A stretch of DNA of 32,000 bases from Halomicronema hongdechloris C2206 (GTDB taxonomy: Bacteria > Cyanobacteriota > Cyanobacteriia > Phormidesmidales > Phormidesmidaceae), in NCBI RefSeq assembly GCF_002075285.3, contig NZ_CP021983.2:4770001-4802000 (forward strand), given 5' to 3'. Position numbers and translations under genes: made by a program. Within the stretch, counting starts at the first letter, position 1, and the number at the start of each line of letters is the position of its first letter. The notes beneath the pieces are model-generated. The model worked only from the letters and a program-made list of their open reading frames with translations, did no database searches and was not told the origin of the DNA. Shown piece by piece: positions 9,047 through 15,699 of this stretch.

Positions 9047-9448
9047 TCACTCCATTTTGAGACGCGTCTTCACGTCAGCGTATGCAGCATCAATCAACGC
9101 TGACAAGGCTGTAGGGTCTACTTCCGCATCCGGTCTGAGCTTGACATGTCTCATAAACTTTCCCGAGCCCTCCAGCATGCCCTCCGGGTCAGGCAGCTCT
9201 GCTCCCTGGAAGAAACCGACATTTACATGAGACGTGAATGCATCTACGTAAGCAAATGCCGCGCCGTCCACGCATGCAGTGGGTTGGCCGTCATGCAGGG
9301 TTTCCTCGACGTCCGGCCCGCAAGATCGGAGTGCCTCGAACCAACGCTGCGCAATGGCACCAAGTGGATCCTGGTGAGCCCCAAACCACCAGACTACCGA
9401 TGGATGGCACTTTGCCGTGTTGTCGAGTCGAAACAATTTCCTCATCAT
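9047..9448 (-). CDS. DUF1801 (YdhG-like) domain protein
   Basis: The pattern WFEALR...VEETLHDGQPT...FAYVDAFTSHVNVGFFQGAELPDPEGMLEGSGKFMRHVKL is typical of DUF1801. The start is set at the Met-Met preceding RKLF. Confidence 0.6.
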   Translation of the reverse strand: MMRKLFRLDNTAKCHPSVVWWFGAHQDPLGAIAQRWFEALRSCGPDVEETLHDGQPTACVDGAAFAYVDAFTSHVNVGFFQGAELPDPEGMLEGSGKFMRHVKLRPDAEVDPTALSALIDAAYADVKTRLKME

Positions 9449-9747
9449 CGCCTCACCAAAGCAGCTCATTAAACTCAGCGAGGCTGTCACCAGCCTTGCT
9501 GGTCTCCAAAACCGACGTGAATCGTTTCGATGGTGCCCACATGAATCCGGCAGTCACCTTGGCTTTACCCGGCTGGGCAAACTGGCTCCCTGGGATGCTC
9601 TGTAACCAGAGTGCATCCCAGTTTTGTAGACCTAAGCTGAGAGCCTGCCGTCGAGGTAGGCGCAGCGATGCAAAGCCTAACCATTGAGGGCCAAGTCATC
9701 GAGGACAATCCAAGCTAAGCTGATCCTATGGTCACCCCTGCAATGCC

Positions 9748-10185
9748 ATGGTTGAGACGGCATCTACCCTTTCCTCCCTACTCCGCATTGGTGAACTCAG
9801 TCGCGCCAGTGGAGTCCCGGTCAAAACCATTCGCTATTACGAGGACCTAAATCTAATTCAGGCCACTCGCCGTACCTCGGGAGGATTTCGCCTATTCTCT
9901 CCCCAGACCCAGACCCGGCTGCACTTCATCAAACGGGCCCAGACCCTCGGCCTCAGCCTGCAGGAAATTCACGATATCTTAGCTATTCACGACCGAGGTG
10001 ACATGCCCTGCCAGGAAGTGCGGCAGACCCTGCAGAAAAAAATTACGGTCATTGAGCAACGCATCGACGAACTATCCTTACTCCGGCGGCAACTCATAGC
10101 CCTGATGCGTAATGCCGATGACCTAGAGATGGCTGAGGCGGACATTTGTCCCATCATCGAACGGGGGACATCCCCCGGCAGTTAA
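9748..10185 (+). CDS. MerR family transcriptional regulator, possibly metal-responsive
   Basis: HTH LRIGELSRASGVPVKTIRYYEDLNLI, the RTSGGFRLF wing, a dimerisation coiled coil, and Cys residues in MPCQEV and DICPIIE. Confidence 0.85.
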   Translation: MVETASTLSSLLRIGELSRASGVPVKTIRYYEDLNLIQATRRTSGGFRLFSPQTQTRLHFIKRAQTLGLSLQEIHDILAIHDRGDMPCQEVRQTLQKKITVIEQRIDELSLLRRQLIALMRNADDLEMAEADICPIIERGTSPGS

Positions 10186-10297
10186 GTGTTTCATTAGGTC
10201 ACAGGCTGGCCTCACTCCCCGCCCCTTTGAGCTATTACAAAGAAAACAGGCGCGCCGAGATCGCAACGGGGTGTCGAGCTTAGAGTGGTAGCGAACC

Positions 10298-10792
10298 ATG
10301 GTTTTTCACGTGATTCAGTCACCCTCGCCCATTAATTACCGCGGCCACAACCTGAGTGGCCTCGATCTTCATCGCATTTATCTAGCCCATGCAGATCTGC
10401 GCCAGGCAGATCTGCACCACACCAACCTGACCCAGAGTAATTTGTCCAGTGTAAATGCCTATCGGGCTAACTTGGCCCATGCCGATCTAAGGGGTACCTT
10501 CCTTAATCAGGCGATCCTGAGTCAGGCCAATTTACACAGCATCAACGGCCATCGGGCCACCCTCGTCAACGCCGACCTGAGCAACGCCAATTTGCGTGAC
10601 GCCAACCTGCGCCATGCCAATTTAGAAGGCGCAGACCTGCGCCACGCCGACCTACGGGGGGCCTGCCTCTACTGGGCCAACTTACGTCACGCCGACCTAT
10701 CCCAGGCATTGATTAACGGTGCCGATCTGAAGAACGCTAAATTTTGCCAGACCGTTTTACCCGACGGCAGTCTTTGCAATAGCCATTGCTAG
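10298..10792 (+). CDS. Pentapeptide repeat protein
   Basis: Continuous A(D/N)Lxx repeats (ADLRQADLHHTNLTQSNLSSVNAYRANLAHADLRG...). Confidence 0.9.
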   Translation: MVFHVIQSPSPINYRGHNLSGLDLHRIYLAHADLRQADLHHTNLTQSNLSSVNAYRANLAHADLRGTFLNQAILSQANLHSINGHRATLVNADLSNANLRDANLRHANLEGADLRHADLRGACLYWANLRHADLSQALINGADLKNAKFCQTVLPDGSLCNSHC

Positions 10793-10844
10793 CGAGAGTG
10801 GGCAAATCAGGGAGTGGGGGAGTGATGGGGTGGGAAGGTACGGA

Positions 10845-11903
<1,059 letters not shown>

Positions 11904-11996
11904 TTAATCCTTCTGGGTAAGGTGTACTCACTCCATATGTAAATGGGAATTGCCAATCTATCAGAGGATTTACCCTTTTCTTTCAAGGTTTAGTTA

Positions 11997-12632
11997 TCAA
12001 TCTGTGAAGTTCTCGGGAGACTGCCGGTGAATACAACGAAAGGTCAGATTGATGCGAGGAGCTACCGGCTTGGTGGTTTTTGGCACCCGGTGCTGCCAGT
12101 GATGTTGGGTGGCAGCCGCCATGATCAGCAGACTGCCGGAAGCCAGGGTGAGGTCGAGTTTCGCTAGCTGGGGTTTGCTCTTGTGGCGCAGTACAAATCG
12201 CCGCGATCCCCCTAGGCTGAGAGAGGCAATCACTGGGTTGGGGCCGAGTTCTGGCTCATCGTCGCTATGCCAGCCCATGCTGTCGCGACCATGACGATAG
12301 TAGTTGAGCAACACGCTGTTGAAGGGGACTCCGGCCACGGATTCCAGGGCGGCTTTCAGGCGGGCCAGCGTCGGCGTCCAGGGCTGGGGGGCCATGGCGA
12401 TGCCGGAGTAAGTGTAGGCGGCTCCTGGGTCTCCATACCAAGCGGTCAGTCGCGGCAGGGGATGGCGCTTACCGTAGAGGCTAATCCAATCCTGTCGCCA
12501 GGGGATGGTCTGCTGTAGATGCTCGAAGAGGCTGGGAGGATCAGATACCCACTGGGGATAGTAGAACAACTCTCCGTCGGGAAGCTGATGGCGTTGGCAG
12601 GGCTCGCTGTTGAGCATTAGGAGACTGGACAT
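11997..12632 (-). CDS. alkB: Alpha-ketoglutarate/Fe(II)-dependent dioxygenase, AlkB family
   Basis: NYYRHGRDSMGWHSDDEPELG (HxD), IASLSLGGSRRFVLRH, and the second His and Arg in QHHWQHRVPK...RINLTFR. Confidence 0.85.
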   Translation of the reverse strand: MSSLLMLNSEPCQRHQLPDGELFYYPQWVSDPPSLFEHLQQTIPWRQDWISLYGKRHPLPRLTAWYGDPGAAYTYSGIAMAPQPWTPTLARLKAALESVAGVPFNSVLLNYYRHGRDSMGWHSDDEPELGPNPVIASLSLGGSRRFVLRHKSKPQLAKLDLTLASGSLLIMAAATQHHWQHRVPKTTKPVAPRINLTFRCIHRQSPENFTD

Positions 12633-12661
12633 GGAACATGATGGGGTGAGCGGAGGACGGA

Positions 12662-12700
12662 GAGTGAAGAGTGAAGAGTGAAGAGTGAAGAGTGAAGAGT
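12662..12700. repeat. Tandem heptamer array (GAGTGAA) x5 plus a partial unit; CTCTTCA-type on the minus (sense) strand
   Basis: Counted directly. It lies 30 nt upstream of the alkB start codon on the minus strand. Confidence 0.9.
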
Positions 12701-12760
12701 TCGTCCCGTTCGCGTCAGCGGCTCCGTAGGAGCAACGAAGTCGAGGGGTGGATAGGTGAT

Positions 12761-12785
12761 GGGGAGAGGGGGAGAGGGGGAAGAA
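12761..12785. repeat. G-rich GGGGAGA-type short tandem repeat
   Basis: GGGGAGAGGGGGAGAGGGGGAAGA read directly. Confidence 0.7.
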
Positions 12786-12857
12786 AGTAGGTAGCGTGGG
12801 TCGTTTTACTTAAGCGAGGGACGTTATGAGGGGTCAGGGAAGGACCCGCGGGGCGAT

Positions 12858-12885
12858 GAGTTTTAAGTTTTGAGTTTTGAGTTCT
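12858..12885. repeat. Tandem heptamer array (GAGTTTT/AAGTTTT) x4
   Basis: GAGTTTTAAGTTTTGAGTTTTGAGTTCT read directly. The 14-bp palindrome GGTTGAATTCAACC follows at 12895-12908. Confidence 0.8.
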
Positions 12886-12987
12886 CCCAGTGATGGTTGA
12901 ATTCAACCCTCAACAGGCCAACGGTCAAAATTCCCTTTCCTGGCTCTGCTTTGGTCTACTCGTCAGGTAGAGGAGCCCCTTGCGTCC

Positions 12988-13165
12988 CCGCCGATGCGAC
13001 GCGATCTTGAACGACCAACCGACAGGCCTTTCCGCAGGGTCCAGGGCAGTAGTTCGACTGCGCTCATTACAAGCGGTTCGCCCTGGTCGTAGGGGCTCCG
13101 GGGGGATCTCGTTCCCCCCGGGTGAGATCCTGGCTTGGAGCGATTAAGCGTGGTCTTATCGAGGT
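12988..13165 (-). repeat. Dispersed structured repeat, copy B, in the 3' region of dnaE-c and upstream of alkB
   Basis: Its reverse complement is collinear with 7165-7315. Hairpin 1 is at 13098-13121 (CCGGGGGGA/TCCCCCCGG) and hairpin 2 at 13041-13086, which has the same CCAGGGC/GCCCTGG stem but a loop 24 nt longer. Confidence 0.7.
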
Positions 13166-13228
13166 CTATCATTCCTGGTCGAGGAAGGCGATCTTTAACT
13201 GCTAATCGACAATCCCGATAGCGTGGCT

Positions 13229-14578
13229 CTAGCGCGGCAGCAAGGGGGTGGCGTGGGCTTTGAAGTTGGCTTTTACCAGGGCATTCACAGTGGCCTCCGG
13301 ATCGTCGACACGGAATTGGGCGCCCAGGCGTACGAGTTGACGATTTTCATTTTGACCAATCATGGCTACCACTGGCACCCGGGCAAAGGCCGAGTCGGTA
13401 CCTTGGTGGCTGCGGATGACGTTGCGCAGGCGATGTTGTTGCTCGATATCGGCGGCCGTCCGGGGTTCCATCTCTACCATCACTAGGCGCACAGTCTCGA
13501 TGGGTTCGGCATCGTCGACGATGAGCTGCACCCGATCGTCACGGCGATCTACCTTGCCCCAGATCATCAGGCGGGCATCGGCAATGATGTGCTGGCCGAT
13601 GCGCTCGAAGGAGCGGGGGAAGACAACTCCTTCGACCTGACCGGAGAGGTCTTCTAGTTGCACGATGGCCATGCGATCGCCTTTCTTAGTTACGACGGGT
13701 TTGACACTGGCCAACATGGCGATGGCACTGATGGTGGTGTTATCGGGTTGGGCCTCCAGATCGGCCAGGTTAATCGGGGCTAGCATCCGGGCCGGACGTT
13801 GCACTGTCTTGAGGGGATGGTCGGAGACGTAAAAGCCCAGGAGTTCTTTTTCCTGGCGCAGTTTTTCCTGGGGGTCGAAGTCAGGTACTAGGGGAGCACT
13901 GGGAGCAGTCTCATAGCCCCCCGGCGCCGCAATGCCCTCGTCACTGCCACCGCTGAACATGTCGAACAGATTGCCCTGCCCTACTTCTCGATCCCGGGCT
14001 CGTCCTTGGGCCCACTCCACCACGAACGGTAGGTCTTGCATGAGCTGGTTGCGATTGGCATTGAAGACATCCAACGCTCCAGAGAGAATCAAGGCTTCTA
14101 GGGCGCGGCGGTTGACGGCATGGAGGGAGATGCGATCGCATAACTCTGCTAGAGATTGAAAGGGACCATTCTCGTCCCGCTCCTGCAGAATGCACTCGAT
14201 CGCCCCCAGTCCCACATTACGCACTGCCGAGAGGCCAAAGAGAATCTGCTGCCCTTCTGGGGTAAAGTCCACCCGCGATTTGTTGATATCCGGCGGCAAC
14301 ACCTCAATGCCCATGGCGACGCAGTTGGCGATGTGCATCTGCACCTTGTCCTGGTCACCGCTGTTGGCCGTCAACAGCGCCGCCATGTATTCCACCGGAT
14401 AGTTGGCCTTCAGATAGGCGGTTTGGAAGGTAACGAAACCGTAGGCGGTGGAGTGGGATTTGTTAAAGCAATTGGAGGCCACCTGACCATTGGCCAGCAA
14501 GAAGTTGTGGTCTGGTTCAACGCCAATGTCATAGACCGGCTGTATCCCCAATGATTTTCGACGAATAATTTTGACCAT
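13229..14578 (-). CDS. dnaE: DNA polymerase III alpha subunit, C-terminal half: IntC split-intein fragment plus C-extein
   Basis: MVKIIRRKSLGIQPVYDIGVEPDHNFLLANGQVASN|CFNKSHSTAYGFVTFQTAYLKANYP... The start is taken at ATG 14578 (GGAG upstream). The track ORF begins three codons earlier at TTG. Confidence 0.95.
   Translation of the reverse strand: MVKIIRRKSLGIQPVYDIGVEPDHNFLLANGQVASNCFNKSHSTAYGFVTFQTAYLKANYPVEYMAALLTANSGDQDKVQMHIANCVAMGIEVLPPDINKSRVDFTPEGQQILFGLSAVRNVGLGAIECILQERDENGPFQSLAELCDRISLHAVNRRALEALILSGALDVFNANRNQLMQDLPFVVEWAQGRARDREVGQGNLFDMFSGGSDEGIAAPGGYETAPSAPLVPDFDPQEKLRQEKELLGFYVSDHPLKTVQRPARMLAPINLADLEAQPDNTTISAIAMLASVKPVVTKKGDRMAIVQLEDLSGQVEGVVFPRSFERIGQHIIADARLMIWGKVDRRDDRVQLIVDDAEPIETVRLVMVEMEPRTAADIEQQHRLRNVIRSHQGTDSAFARVPVVAMIGQNENRQLVRLGAQFRVDDPEATVNALVKANFKAHATPLLPR
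14471..14578 (-). mobile_element. DnaE split intein, C-terminal fragment (IntC, 36 aa)
   Basis: Close match to known DnaE IntC sequences (Npu: MIKIATRKYLGKQNVYDIGVERDHNFALKNGFIASN). The terminal Asn is followed by Cys+1 of CFN. Confidence 0.95.
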
Positions 14579-14587
14579 TCTCTCCAA

Positions 14588-14655
14588 CTCCTAAATCCGA
14601 TTAACAATGCGTTAACTGTTAACGGTGAAACGCCTACATCCGCCAAGAATCTCAC
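14588..14655 (-). pseudogene. Truncated DUF5615 (PIN-like toxin) gene; only about 22 N-terminal codons remain
   Basis: A GTG start overlaps the DUF433 stop in GTGA. MRFLADVGVSPLTVNALLIGF resembles the DUF5615 N-terminus (M.FL.DE..SP.....L...G). The frame then runs out of register into the dnaE-c start and IntC coding sequence. Confidence 0.5.
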
Positions 14656-14897
14656 GCTGCGCTCTCCGTCAGGCTATGGACTTCCTCGCTAGCAAGGAAA
14701 GCGGCATATTCTAAGCACGCTGAAATATCCTCCACTTCAAGATAGGGATAAGCTTCTAGAACTTCTGTGGTTGACATGCCATTCGCTAATAAGCTCAATA
14801 CTAGAGACACAGAAATACGCATGCCACGAATGCAGGCCCTTCCCCCCATAATTTCTGGATCAAAAGTTATTCGTTCAAACATCTTGAATTTTTCCAC
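14652..14897 (-). CDS. DUF433 domain protein (antitoxin-like partner of DUF5615)
   Basis: ITFDPEIMGGRACIRGMRISVSLVLSLLANGMSTTEVLEAYPYLEVEDISACLEYAA matches the DUF433 consensus. The start is GTG 14897 or ATG 14882. Confidence 0.85.
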   Translation of the reverse strand: MEKFKMFERITFDPEIMGGRACIRGMRISVSLVLSLLANGMSTTEVLEAYPYLEVEDISACLEYAAFLASEEVHSLTESAA

Positions 14898-15002
14898 TTA
14901 TATGAACGCCACTGTTTATCTTTTCGATCTAATCTTTGTTACGCCAATGCCATGAACTTGCCGAAACTGATTGATGTTTGTTTAACAATTCTCAACCATG
15001 GA

Positions 15003-15680
15003 TCAAGCAGCCGTACTCAATGCCTCTAACTTCTCCGTGACTATTTGTTTCAAGATCTTCAAAATCGTTTCGGCCTCTAGCTTTTCGCTGTATTCCCGGG
15101 AGGGTTCCAGTTTCAGTGCTGGGCGATCGCTCTCCATTTCCATTACCTCAGCCCGCACAAATGTCCACACATCGGCAACGGTATAGCAGCCAAATGCCAC
15201 TTGTGGATCGCGCTGATCTAGTTCCCAGTTCATGCGAGCAGCAGCTAAAAGCTGACCATAGAGTTGGTATTGAGGGTTTTGGGCTCCGATGCCGCGTTTA
15301 GCTTCAACCACTACCAAATAGGGCGCTTCAATCTCACCCGACAGCCCTTTTCCCAACACCCCATCAACTAAACCGGAAAGCTCGAAAGTTTTATAGGTTC
15401 CCTTTAAGGCGACTTCCGTCCAAGCCTGAACAAAATCTCGCTCTGCCAATACCAAAATCGGATAGATAGCCCGTGCCCAAACGGTGGCTTCATTCACAAG
15501 CTGAGTGCGATAGTTGACCAGCCGCGCCTGCACATCTTGTACCTGCCGCCGCTCATTGTCGCCCAGCTCTATTCCATCTACGTTCTTCATCCAAGAATCA
15601 CTACTAATACCTTGTTCATCAATCCCGACAAGGGGTTTGAGGTCAGTCAGGGTGAGATTCGAAAATAGAAGCTGTTTCAT
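15003..15680 (-). CDS. PD-(D/E)xK nuclease-like protein (HsdR-N / restriction-endonuclease-like fold), 225 aa
   Basis: ATG 15680 with AGGAGA 7 nt upstream, 19 nt after the dnaE-n stop. The ordered motifs are E65 (NEATVW), D106 (GLVDGVL), E126-A-K128 (YLVVVEAKRG) and QYQLY. The track ORF starts nine codons earlier, inside the dnaE-n 3' end. Confidence 0.7.
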   Translation of the reverse strand: MKQLLFSNLTLTDLKPLVGIDEQGISSDSWMKNVDGIELGDNERRQVQDVQARLVNYRTQLVNEATVWARAIYPILVLAERDFVQAWTEVALKGTYKTFELSGLVDGVLGKGLSGEIEAPYLVVVEAKRGIGAQNPQYQLYGQLLAAARMNWELDQRDPQVAFGCYTVADVWTFVRAEVMEMESDRPALKLEPSREYSEKLEAETILKILKQIVTEKLEALSTAA

Positions 15681-15699
15681 AGCACGTCTCCTGAAAGAG

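Noticed and set aside
9462-9690. A minus-strand open frame ending ...SKAGDSLAEFNELLW* directly upstream of the DUF1801 gene
   Set aside because: There is no ATG until the last 28 codons and I recognised no family. It is treated as part of the decayed region rather than as a gene.
12715-13172. Track ORFs 12715-12906 (-) and 12963-13172 (-)
   Set aside because: They are low-complexity translations of the tandem repeats and the structured repeat (PPLPLSPSPIHP..., RSRSRRIGGDARG...), with non-ATG or weak starts.
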